Source: Raillietiella orientalis
Taxonomy: Eukaryota
Direction of reading: 5' to 3'
DNA: 64,000 nt
NCBI GenBank assembly: GCA_036172245.1
Contig: JAYWIR010000001.1
Span: 6,696,001-6,760,000, forward strand
A program made the translations under genes and the position numbers. The notes under the pieces are model-generated. The model saw only the letters and a program-made list of their open reading frames with translations, did no database searches and was not told the DNA's origin. Positions 38,551 through 50,453 of this stretch are shown here, piece by piece; the first letter of the stretch is position 1, and each line of letters starts with the position of its first letter.

Positions 38551-40925
38551 CAAGGTCACGATCCTGCTTGGTCGGGCCAGTCAGACCCCGCGGCGGCGAC
38601 CCTGTGCAGCAGCATCCCCATCGAAAGTGCGGGCAAGAGGTGGCCCAAGGCTTGGCTCAGGGACGTCCGTCCCAGAGGGGCTTTCCTTCCACTCCGAAGC
38701 CTTCAAGCGACTTCCTCCGCTCCAGTAGGAGCCACGGTGGCGGCGTAGTCGGTGCGGTTGCCTCCCCCCCCCCTCGAAGCCATCCCTCGATCCCGACAGT
38801 TCAGGAGGAGCAGCGCCTGCCCGCCAGTTACGTGCGTGCAGAAGGGGGGATGGAGGGGGAGGGGGGTGAGATGCCAATCTCCCTTCCCGTTTACGCAGCC
38901 TGCGACCGCAGCGGTCGCTTCTCCGAGGTGAGCCCTTGTTCTTGCCGGTCCTTTGAACCTCTCCTGCGAGTCTTCCGTGAAGCGACGGTGGGGCACTGCG
39001 CAACACCTGGAGGGCGGGCGTCACTCTGTTGGTGACTCGACGCATCTCTCTGGGGAGGTTTCGTTCATCCACCATCCGACGGCTCGTCATTCTGTGACGA
39101 CTTCACCACAGATCGAGGGAAGAATCGCGGTCAGGTGACTCACCCGGACAGCTGCCCTCACGGCTGTAGAGAAGGGGGGATAGTGACAATAGCGTGATTG
39201 GGAACGACGGGATCGGGTGGTCCGGATGCCAGAGAGCCACCAGAAAGTGCGAATGTGGTCTTCGCGGCTCCAGAAAACTCCTGCGGATGCTGCATTTCGA
39301 ACCGGGAGAGCGATGCGCCAATGGAAACCTCCAGATTTCAAGAGGCTGCCGCTAGAGGCGCAGCAGAGCCCGCTGCAGCCGCGCAGTCGGCCACAGGGTA
39401 TCGCTTCCTTGAAGGTGGGGAGGAAGGCTCGCAGGGACGAGGGCAAGTGGCGCTCGTCCGAGGACGCAGTTCCCCTCCGCCTCGCCGAAGATCCGGGATA
39501 GCAGATCCCCTCCTTGGTCCGATGCCGGCGTCGCTCGAGCTTGAAGGCTGTTGCTCGGCACTGTGTCTAGAACTAGTGGGGAGGAGAGGGAGGCGCAGGA
39601 CGGGGGGAAGGTAAGTTCCGCCCTGCGCGTCCCCTCAAGTGAGGACCGTCGGCGCTCAAAGCTTCTTCCAGCGCAGGATGTCTGCGCACTTCCACTTAAT
39701 CCTTCTATCCTCCTTTCATTCCCCGGACGTACAAGGTCTCGGGAGGCTGAGCTCACCTCGGCTATCTTTCGGTCTCCATGGGAACCAGTGCGAAACGATC
39801 TGTGCCCATCAAGGAGGAAGATGCTCAAAGAGACTGGGATCACGCGTACACCGGACAACCGGGAGGAAGGTTGAGACCAAGTCACTGAGGAGTTATTTGG
39901 GTTCAGGGGATCAAAATAGGGGGTGGACGCCTTTTCGCACAGTCGGTTCTCCGGATTCGTAATGCATTGATGGGCGGCGCTGTAAAGAGTAAATAGCAGA
40001 GTACTGCAGAGGTGCGAATCGTCAAGATGCGAGAGGATGGGAGTGATCCGCCTAAAAAAAGTGCGGGAGATGTCATAAGCGCAAGGGGCGAAGAGTAGAA
40101 GCTGCCGGGTTTCTCCGTTCCCGCTGTTACATGCCGCCTTACGTGGAAGGCGTCGGATCCCCGAGTGCTCGAGCGAAGGGCACCCTCTGGCGCTGCCCAC
40201 CTCATCCACATGCCTCTACCTGCTGGAGCATCAGAGGGCGGAAGCGCAACGGCCGTTCCTTTGCAAAAAGATGGATTTTCCGCATTCTTTTCTCGCTCCG
40301 TTCCTCACCCTGCCAGCGAGGCGAGATGTTTCGGGAATCCCTGCTGCCCCTGGGATTCCAGATGAGAGCCCAGGGTTTCCTCCTCGCCCCCTCGCGCGCA
40401 CGAAGAGGGCGCCAGGAGGAGACGAGACTGGCTTGCAGGAACGGGCGAGTCTTCGGCGACCCGAGGGATCACAAGCGCGGCGCAAGCGGGCAGAGGCGAG
40501 GAAGGGGAAGAAAGTGGTAAGGGAGGAGCATCCCGCGAGGTGGGTTCTGCCCGCGGCTCTGAACTAGCGCAGCACCTTTGCTGGATCCTAGATCGCGGAG
40601 AAGCGAATCTTTCGGGAGATGCCTCCGGGGCTGGCGGAGGATGCATGGCCGAGAACTGCCAGCAAAACGCCTGAGTTACGCTCCAGCAGCCTGTGATCCC
40701 TTCCCGAGCCCCCCACAGTTTTCATTTATTTCTATTCTGTTTTTCTTTTTGTTTGTCCCTTCCTCCCCTGCTGCCGAGGCGAACCTCAGTCGGTCTGCGT
40801 GCCGGTTCTCGGCAGGTTCCCTCCGTAACGTGGCAGGGCCAAGCGTCCTACCACTGACTTGCGTGTTTATTTTATTTATTTATTTTTTGCAAATAAACGC
40901 CCTGGCGCAACCGGGTGATCAGCCA
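38550..40925 (+). mobile_element. Degenerate LINE ORF2 with recognisable 3' UTR
   Basis: RLPASY, RISL, SGIADPLLGP (~39492) and RSYLGS (~39890) remnants. 40693-40920 clearly matches the 3' UTR of the 3.7 and 31.4 kb copies (GTGATCCC, T-tract, stem-loop 40771-40815, AATAAA 40892-40897). Confidence 0.65.
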
Positions 40926-42297
40926 GCGAAATTACGCCAGAGTTACGCAAACGGAGCGATGGAGCGCCGCCACCGCTGCTCGTGAGTAGGTTGGCGCGCT
41001 CCGCTGCAATGACCTTTGGGGTCGTTCGCGCCGCCCACCGCCCGCTTGTAGGTGTGGCTCGGGGAGAGGTGACTGCTTTCGCTCGAGCGCGTGCGCAGTC
41101 ACCTCTCTCCGAGCATCTGCCCTTCGCGTGCTGCCCTCGCGCCTTGGATGCGCGTGCGCAAGCGCTCACTTTCACGTCACGCTTTGTGCGTGCGCATCGG
41201 GTATCTCTCGTCCGACGAGCACGTCAACCCACGCGTGATGGGTGTCTTCGCAGCGGAACGCTTAAGCGGCGCAGAGAGCACTCATGGTCCGCAGGTGGAA
41301 GAAAACCGTGAAGGAAGGACTCGTTTTCAAGGCCCCTCACTCCTTTGAGCGTCAAGACAGACTCATCCTTTCGCTGGAGGAGAGAAACGATCTCTTTCGA
41401 AGTGTTGACCTGATTCAGGATCGTCCAAAAAGAGTCAGCTCTTTCCCCAATAAGTCGAAAGGTTTACACGTGTTCGATTCCTTCATGTGAGCTTCCACCG
41501 TCTGTTTGGGGGATGACTGTCATCCAAGTGTTCCTCCTCCCTCCTCGAGTGAAGCTGCTTCATATTGCTCTTTTATTTGCTTTCGTTTTCTTCAAGTACG
41601 TACACAGCATTTCTTTTTTCCTTTTTTTTAAACAGGAATGGGAAAACCTCACAACAGTGAGCAAATGATGGGAACTGTCTTTTGCAAATAAGACGCGCGC
41701 AATAGCATTTTTTTTTCGATGGAACAACGCGCAGTCTTAGCGCAGCAGCGCATCCTGAACAGCATTTTCCGAAAACGACGGTGCGCAAACAACGTCCTCT
41801 TCCCTCCCCCCCCCCCCCCCCTAATCACCTCAAGATTGACTTTGTAGAATTCTGTCTTTGAGGCCTGCACTGGGTCCCCCGCTTTCGGTCATTTTTCCTA
41901 ATGGTACTCTGTCGAATGACCTGCGCTTTGCCATCCTGGAGAGTACGTGGGAACTCTGTCGGATGTTGAAATCTGACATCGGCGCTGCTTAAGTGTGGGC
42001 ACTGAGATACGCGGTGCTTCAAGGGAAATTCAAATTTTCTAATGCATTTTCTCATTCTCCCTTTTTTACCGAAGCTTTCGGAACTGTGGTTTCCATGAAA
42101 AAAGATTCCAAAGGAAGCAGCCCATACTCGTGCATGCTCTTTTTCGGGAAGCGAACGCCAGTGATGAGGGTCGACGTGGAGGGTAACTAAGAAGACCTTG
42201 TTTGCTCCCACTACGATGTTTGGCTTGGCTGCTCACTTTCAAAACGTCAGCCGAGATTTTCGACGCATCCTGCTGGTTCATTGCAGGCTCTGACATT

Positions 42298-42376
42298 ATG
42301 CCCACGGGAAGGAAAGGATTGGTGGCTCCTCAGAATACATTTTTGGAATGTGTTATCAGAAGAAGCAACTCACAAC
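42298..42376 (+). CDS. eag: ether-a-go-go (KCNH/eag subfamily) K+ channel, first coding exon (PAS-cap)
   Basis: Translates [26 protein letters not shown] plus 1 nt, closely matching the Drosophila eag N-terminus [26 protein letters not shown]. Donor GTAAGT at 42377. Acceptor-like TTCATTGCAG ends at 42286, 11 nt before the ATG. Confidence 0.96.
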
Positions 42377-42419
42377 GTAAGTATCCGCATCCAATCTCGG
42401 TTCCTTGTGGTTGTTTTCG

Positions 42420-42445
42420 GTGTTGTTGTTGTTGTTGTTGTTGTT
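42420..42445 (+). repeat. (GTT)n microsatellite
   Basis: Directly visible just inside the eag intron. Confidence 0.95.
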
Positions 42446-43499
42446 TTTCCCACCGTCGTTCTTGCGAGCGAACAAGTGCGGTGGAGCGAGGACCTCTCGG
42501 TCAGCAGCTTCCTCGCCTCCCTGCTCACCCCTGCCTTGCCTCGACGGACAAATGTACAGTGGCATCCTCCGATGGTGGTGTGCCTCCATCCTCAGAGTCT
42601 CGGGATGGAGGGGGGTTCCTTCTTCCGACAGTGGGAGTGATTTTTTTTCCGTTTCCTAATCTCCCTCCTCCTGTTTTTCCCCTCTGTGAGTTCCGGGTCT
42701 TCCCGTTTCGCCCGTCCCAGCCCTTCCCCGTTTTCCCCCGTTTGTCCCGTGTCCCTCCTCCCTCAGAAGTCATGGCTGCCCTGCCTCCCGCCCATGGAGG
42801 GGGTCTAGGTTTCGTTTTCCGATCCTGGCCTCCTCTGGTCGCTCCGGCGCTTCCCCCCTCGGCGGTCGGAAAGCCACGACCTTCTTTCTCCTCGTGACTG
42901 AAGAGGACGGTCACCATCACCTTCGGACCAGGGAGTCTCCCTTCGTTCCTAAGGCTGCAAATTCAGACTATGGCACACCAGCAGCACCATCTGGTCTCTC
43001 TTGCTAGGGCCGTCTGCAGCCCACACCCGTCGCCCACATCCCTTCCTCCTCCCCTCGCACGCTAAGAGCACCGAGATCGTCCGCCGGACAGGAGCTCCCA
43101 ACAGGTTACCGTGGAGGGTCTTCCTGGTCCGGTCAGCAGAACGTTCGCCATCGCTCCACACCGTTCCTTGCCGGAATTCCAGACTCATACACGGGCTGCA
43201 ACGAAATCTTGGGTGACCCGGCTACCCTCCTCCGGACGGTAATCCCAACAGCGCTGGGACTGTCCAAGAGGCGGAGGTCTCACCTCGGATACACATACCC
43301 CGCAGCAGTATCCCCGCGTTCAGCGCTGTTGCCGCCGTGCAGAAGCTGCACGGTGAGTCCCTGTGGCTCCTGCGTAGCAATCCCTCCGTCCCGTCCCCCC
43401 CCCTTTTCCCTCCCCAGCCTTTGCAATCGAGATTTCCGCGTGCCGCGTTTCCTTTTGCGCTTTTGTGAAATCCCAGGAAGTTCGATGTCATCCAGGAAA

Positions 43500-44585
43500 T
43501 TCAACGTATCCCTTGGTTACATCGGAAGCGTGGCAAGCCCTTCTCCTGCCCCCCTTCCTCCTCTCCCGTCGTCATTTCTTCCCTCTCCCTCGATCCGAAT
43601 GATTTTTTTTTTGTGTGTGTGAAATGAATTTTCCCCGATTTTGATTGGTCCTTGGAAGACCTGTGACCGTGGAATCTTGTGGACGCATTTCATACACACA
43701 CGTGGCGCGCATGTGTGCGTGGAATCCTGACTCGTGCTCGGGACCTAACCGGTTCACCCTGGAGACCGGGCCGACAGACAGATTTTCCCTGGAACGCTCA
43801 TCTGCCGTTTGCCCGGAGCCCGGTTTGGGGTGATCTCAGGTCTTCCTGAGGTATCACACAGGACGCTCGGAAGTATCCACCGTTTCGAATGGACCCTCCC
43901 CCGAGAATGCGGGACTCGTGCCGACGCGCCTGTTTCCCGTCGCTCTGCCCCAGGCACGCGCGACTCGAGTCTCCAGGTTGAAGCCCTTGCAAGAAGCGCT
44001 CCTTGAGCCGTTCTTAGGCTGACTGTGCGCGCTTGTGGACAACGAAGCGAAAGGTGGGCGAAGTTGCATCCTGAATGCTCAGGCTTCCAAGCCATCTGCT
44101 TGCGGTTCCTTTTGGTCAAGAGAATCCTTTTGGTTCTGGAGAGAGAGAAAGGAAAGGACGAACGGCAGGACGCGCGTGCAGAACTCTTCACTTGCTGCTC
44201 CTCATCGTCCGCATCCGGGCGGAACCTGCCCCTCCTTGAGAGACGCCTGCACCTACAAGACCACATTCCACTCCCCTTTCTGCGGTCTTTCACTTTCATC
44301 AGACTGGTTCGAGTGTCAGCTTCCTCTGAATGAGTCCTCCAAGCACTTGTTCCTTCTTCGCAAGGCATTCCTAGATAAAGGAGATACTCGATGTGGGAGG
44401 AAAAATATGGGGTGACCAATGGAGTGACTGAATACCATCGCCTTTATTTCTCGCAAACAGCATTTGAAATGCGATGCCGTCCTGGGGTGCAACGTCATCG
44501 TGACGCCGCATGATCCAGTAGCACCGTATCTCCCAATGTATCCAAACCGATTCTCGATCTTCAAAAACCACTGCTCCACGATGCC
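43500..44585 (-). mobile_element. LINE-like 5' end with tRNA-derived head and ORF1 remnant
   Basis: Minus strand GGCATCGTGGAGCAGTGGT (A box, 44585-44567), then GGTTTGGATACATTGGG..CGGTGCTA matching the 30.2 kb head. Downstream ILPSVL, PGKICLSARSPG and CMKC..GH remnants. Confidence 0.55.
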
Positions 44586-45392
44586 GGAGGTTTTTGCATT
44601 TTTTGCGCGACACCATTCGATGTTGGTTGGACGTCTTGTGTTTTGTTTCCGTCCAGCATCCAGCGAGTTACTTCCTTGTGTGCTGTTTGCTTTCGACGCT
44701 TGAATGTCTGCAAGCGTTTAGACCATGAGTGTACGACGTTTCCGTGGAAACGGGGTCGCGTCTCGGACCCCATTGCGAGTGTCCACCGTGCGCATACTTG
44801 GGCGCGTTGCTCCACGCGGACACGCCCCTTGCCGAACTCCGTAAGGGAACGATGACCTAAGCGACTTTCGATCCCTCACGTCATCCTCACCGACCAGCCA
44901 ACGCCACCGCGAGCTCTCTCCATCCTGCGCCGCCCGCCGCGACCTCCTTCCGGCACCCTTCCGCGGGGTGACAGCGACCGCTTCTCTTCGCCCAGCGACG
45001 GCCGAGTTTGCCTGCCGCCACTGGCCATCCGAGCGAGGTGCTTTGCATCTGTCACGCGGGGACTCTTGCGAGCCGCTGCACCGGCGTCCGGGATGGGGTG
45101 GTCCCTTGCTGCCTGCCCGCTGGCACCAACGCACCTCCAAGAAAGACCTGCGCTACCGCCGGGCTCCTTCGAGCAGATCGCCTGCAGGAACGGACAGGAC
45201 CGAACCGAATGACCGTGCCGCCTGCATCTGCGAACGGCCGCACTCGCTCGCGATGGCTTGCCTATGCCGGAATGTACACGTACGGCAACGTGCATGCATG
45301 TACGAAAGTTTCTTCTTCTTTCGCGGACATTCTTCATGTCTTCCACGGACAGAGAGGTGAATGCTGCACCGCTTCCAAAAACTTATCAAGTC

Positions 45393-45492
45393 AAGTTCGA
45401 GCGTGTACTGTACCGTAAATTCCAGCATGTATTGCGCTGCAAGTTGGAGTGTGCACTGTTCTGCATGGTCAAGTGTGTACCATGCTGCAAGT
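45393..45492. repeat. Degenerate 24-bp tandem repeat, 4 copies
   Basis: aagttcgagcgtgtactgtaccgt / aaattccagcatgtattgcgctgc / aagttggagtgtgcactgttctgc / atggtcaagtgtgtaccatgctgc. Confidence 0.75.
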
Positions 45493-47597
45493 AACGTCAA
45501 CGGGCTTTGCATCTTGAAATCGTCTTAATGTCCCCTTCCCATCTTCTGGACTTGTTCTTTGATTGTCGGCGTACGTTCTAAACCACGTCTGCTTCGATGA
45601 TCAAACGATTCTCATCCCGAGATACTAGAAACAGACGTCAGCATCGTCACAAATGATGGAAACAGGATGGGCAAGAGAGTTTGGTCGCATTTTCCAAGTA
45701 GGTAGCCCATGCGTGATAGGATGCTGTTTCGTTAGGGATGGATCATTTTTGGTTGATCCTTTAGGAACTCTTTGGGTCTTTGCGTATCTCACCGCTCATC
45801 CCCGAAGGCACGGATCGATTTTCTGTTTGATTGATGGAAAGGAAGGAAGTTCCGGATTCACTCCGAGCGTTTTCCCGAAATGGCACCTCGGAAGAAAATT
45901 TTGCCGTCCGCTCTTTCACCGATCTTGTAGTTCTCTGGACATATCCTCTCTTGTAATTCTCTTGGTCACTTTTGCTAGAACCTGAACTGCCGTTTGCTCT
46001 GTCGCTAAGATTTCGAATCAGAAGGATTCCCTCGCTGATATGTCCTACTCGTCAGGCACGCGTGGGGATGGGATTCGAAGATGACGTCATTGCTGCTCAA
46101 TGACTTGAAAAGCAAAGCTCGAAAAAAAAACAAACATCAAAGAGAGTAGGCGTCGCAGATTATCTTTTGCAGTTTGCAACCCGCTTCGATCTTTTTTCGA
46201 ACGCCAGCAATCCTCTCCCTGGCCTCTCTTCAACCGTTGCAAAGAGACGAAAGCTTTGCATGCTGCGCGCAAAGAGCGAAATGCGATTGGCTGATGACCA
46301 CCGAGAGAGAGTTCGTCCCCTTTGCCACAACCGAGAATCAGGTGGATATTTCCTCCTGTTGGGTGAGAATAGAGACTATCAACCTTTCCTTTGGCACGAG
46401 GAAAATCAGATTGCCAGAACCTGGAATTGCCTTATCTTGTTCTAACAGGAGCAAAGTCCTGATGTGTTCTCTGTATCCATGGCAGCATGCTAGCAGTTGC
46501 GTAAAGGATAACAAGAAAGTCATGCAAAAAAATGCACGTTTTTTGGACAGTGCAGACTAAAGTTCACTTCCTTTAACAGTGTTCCACCCAAATGGTGGAG
46601 CACTCCCACGCAGCGAGCTGATCCTCAAATTTGGTCCTCAGTGCGATGTTCGCTGTTCGGCTTAGCGAGTTGTCTTAAAACTCTGAACCAGCCTCCCAGC
46701 CGCTGTAACGGCAAGAAACGCTGTACAAAACGTTGCGTGCTTTCCTCAACGAAGGCAGAGAATGGTCTCAGAAGCAAATGAGGGGTGAACAGGATGAGCA
46801 AAACGCTCCCAGTGTCCTGCGAATCTTGCTTGAAGGGAAGATGAAGTAAGCCCGCTGCAGTGCATTACCTCGGGAACCCGTGGCTCTTGTAGTGAAGACG
46901 GGAGGAGCAGAACACGTGGAGGCGTTCAGCAGCTGCCGGAAGCAGAAAGCTCTCAGGAACAAACGCTTCAATCGATTTCCTCCGTAAAAGACAAAAGGAA
47001 TGAGGAGAACGGAAATGGATCAAACATTTCGAAAGGAAGCTGGTTCAAAACTCACCTGGCCGGAAATCGATGGCAGTGCGTGACGTGTCCTGACTGAGGA
47101 CAATAGCAATGTGCTCGGTCACGAAAGTAACAATCATAATCTCTCGTCAAGGGGACGGCGACACTGTGACTTGGGATTCGATGTGGCTTCCAGCCGGCCA
47201 TACGAAGAAAGCCACTTTGATCGTGGATGTCATCCCGCGGTGGCAAGGAGAAGTGCCGTTTCCAGGACTGTGAGTTCAGGAAGGAGGCCGGGATCTGGTT
47301 CGATCGGGTCGCGACCTCCTCACGCGACCGCTCCCAATGCGCGGAAGGGAGCTCTCGGGAATCTGGAACAAATGGCTTAAAGGCAGCAACATGGGAACTT
47401 TCCTCTTCTCCAATATGCGGGCGCGGGAAGGGGAGGGCAATTCGTAGGAATCCGCGGAAGAAAGCGTCTGCAAACGGCTGACTGTTGAAAGGGAAGATGG
47501 AATTTTACGCAACGAATGCTTTCGAGCGTCGCTCCCGGAAGGTCTTCTTTGAGAGATGCAACGCCTGGAGAGGCAGACGCTAGGGGTCGCAGCAGCT

Positions 47598-49300
47598 GAG
47601 GCCACGGACGGTGGTGGTTACGAGGATCCGTCATACACGAAACGGAAACTCGAGATCCTCAAGCTAAGCCTCTGCGCCTTGGACGTCTCACCCTGACAGG
47701 AAGACGCACGTGGAACACGAGTGCGAGTAACCTGATTCAGGAACGGGTGGGGAGGATTGGTGCTCCAGCACGTCGTAGCGCAGAGGGCGTTGGGTCTTCA
47801 AGAGCGCAAGATCAGCTTGCAGTGCGGGTACAAACTCTGCCATTCTCTGCGATGACTTTCGGATTCTCAAAGTGTGGCGCAAAGAACTGGCTGAACTCCA
47901 GAGTTCCCTGCCTCAAGAAAGAACAAGTAGGAACGATGTCCATCGGGGCTTCAACACTGCGGGAATTTAGAGGCACATGGAAGCAACAACTGTGAGCCGC
48001 TGGAGCATCGGCTCAACACAGATGCAGTTTTCGAGGAAAGGCGAACTGCTGAGGGAGGGAGGAGCTGTCGGGCGAGCGAAAAAGTTGCCGAAGATGGGAG
48101 CAAGAGAGATGGGGCTGCAGGACGCGTAGCACGTCCAGCGAAAGAATGCTCAACGGCCATCGTCCTTTGTCAAAGGCTTCCGGAGATTTTGAGCACCTTT
48201 GAAAATGGAGGCAACACTGGGAAAGAAGCATTCTGGCGGTGCAAAACTCCGGGAGGGCAGGGTGTTTATCGATCAAAACCCCTATGACTTTAAAGAATTA
48301 GAATTTGAGCCAAATAAAAGGTGCAGAGTAACGGTCCATTCTTTTCCTACCCAGCCTCTGGGATTCGTCTTATCAGCGATTGAGGAAATCAAGCATCGGA
48401 ATTTTCTTTCCCCTTCTCAAGGAGGAGTGTGATTTGAGAAGCAATTCTTCGGAACGGAAAGTATTCTTTGGCTATAAGAGAGGGAAGAGCTGAGGTGGTT
48501 TTCCAGCAGCTGAGCGCGTGTATTCGACGTTTTCTATCTTTCTTTCTTTTTTTCGAGGATCGAATTGTCAGAGATGCTGCAATCTGCTGGAGTACCACCG
48601 GAAGCAGAAAAGCGAAGAGCAGGGGAATGTTGGTTTTGTTAACGGTCTATTTAAAAGCTTAAAGAGCAAACTGGGTTTTGGCTACACCACCGAGTTGAGT
48701 TAACGGCATGATGACTATAGCGGGATGTCTCAGGAAATCAATAAGAAAGATTCAGAGCAAGAAGAATGGAGAGAGATGGCACGAAATGAAATTTCCAAGC
48801 GTGCCATTAATGAGCGTTGGCGTTTCTATTGGACCACACTCTTTGATTGAGCGAACGCTGACTGATCATGGTTGCAACGTGAAGTGGTCGAGAGGGCGAA
48901 AATCTGGAGCGGTTCCCATGGAACTTGCATCAACGAAACAGGGATAACTCGGGCCGAGAGGCATCTTAATCTGCTAGCAGCGAGAAAATCTGAAGGCGCC
49001 ATTTCTATAAGAGATATCAAGTTCACTCTAAGAAGAACGCTTTTCAAAATCGTCATCGATGTCACAGATGACCTGACGCCGATTTGCGAGCCAACCAGAA
49101 CGTCAAATTCATTTTCAAGGTTCAGGATTTCTGATTTTGCCGCTGCCAAATTGGAAGAGGCAGAAGGATCAACTGCTGTTCGTCCGTATGTTTGCGCGAA
49201 GAATATTATGGGTATCCGAACCTTTAATGCTCATGTTTTATTCAGGGAAAGAGCGGGTTTGGTGATGGAAGGAATGCAACAGTTTCTTTTATTCAACGCT
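47598..49300 (+). mobile_element. Possible LINE 5' end or ORF1 relic
   Basis: GAGGCCACGGACGGTGGTGGTT head-like start. RCRVTVHSFP..VLSAIEE (RRM-like) and YSGM remnants. Weak. Confidence 0.3.
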
Positions 49301-50453
49301 GAACTGTCGCCACGAGTTGATAAAACAAACTGGGAGTGAATTCCAAATTAAATGCCAGGGAGTGAGGCATGCGCTTCCACCTCAAGGAATCAGGAGAACG
49401 GAGGAGCAGACACGTGAAGAATGGAACACGAATAGAATGGCCTATTCTCCGGAGAACGCTGCATTCCTGGACTCTCGACCCCACCCCAAAACACAATTTT
49501 AAAGAGGGGATTCGGCATGCGGCAGCAGCTTGAAAGACATGCATGCAGTCGTGGTGGTTCTTGCACCGACTTGCAGCCAATTATTCCCGGCTTTTGACAT
49601 TTTCGATATTCCCCGGCGCGATTCCCGTTTGCCGACGGGCTGATGATATGACGAAACGAGTAAAGAACCCTGTTCGAAAGATGAACCGGGTTTCAGCAGC
49701 GAAAGAGCCGGTAGAATGGCTACGAGACGGGAAAGGATGAAAAAGAAGGAAGACTAAAAGGTTAACGGAATGCGGAAAAAGGAGACTGCAAAAAATTTAA
49801 AAAAAAAAAAAAAAAAAAAGAATTTTCCCGGGGAATGCGTGAGTGCTTGTTGCTTTCTCGTTTGGAACGTAATGGGTCCTGAACTCAAGGACGGGAAAAA
49901 ATCAGCTTTGAAGAAAGCAAATAGGAAACGTTTCAAATGGACGTCTTCAGCTCGTATTGGATAGAAAGTCGAATCGTTTGGAATCCTGGAGTAGTGGAAT
50001 TGCACTTCAGCAGCGCAAGGCTTCTTAGGAAGCTTTCGTTTCCCATTTGGTCTTCAGAAGAAACGCTCTAGAGCATACATGGGGGATCCATCCTGGTTGC
50101 AGGGAATGCCCCTCCATGAAATGTGCCTCAGGACACGATTTTGTGCACAGCCAACGCTAATTTCTCAAATCCAAAAATTAGAGTAGGCAACTTGTTTTTT
50201 TTTTCTTCTTTTTATGTTAGATGAATGCTCTCTTAATTAAGCTAAACCAACTATTAGGGCTGGGGATGGGCTCGGAGACAAATGAATCAAAGGTAGCGAA
50301 AAGCAGATTTCTATTGTTAAGCGGCTCTTGTGTTCATAAAGGACAAAATCATCAATTATAGCGGAGGAGCAACACTAGACACAACCCTTGCGGTCGGTGG
50401 TTATTGCTCAGGGGGCTAAGCTTTCAAAGATCTCGAAAGACAAAGCCCGCGTC

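Noticed and set aside
41160-41290. Additional tRNA-like head on the minus strand
   Set aside because: Only a short gacacc..cgtgggtt match; too weak to call.
42202-42897. 231-aa ORF as a complete gene with poly-Cys
   Set aside because: Only 42298-42376 is eag; the rest is intron read-through and the poly-Cys comes from the (GTT)n microsatellite.
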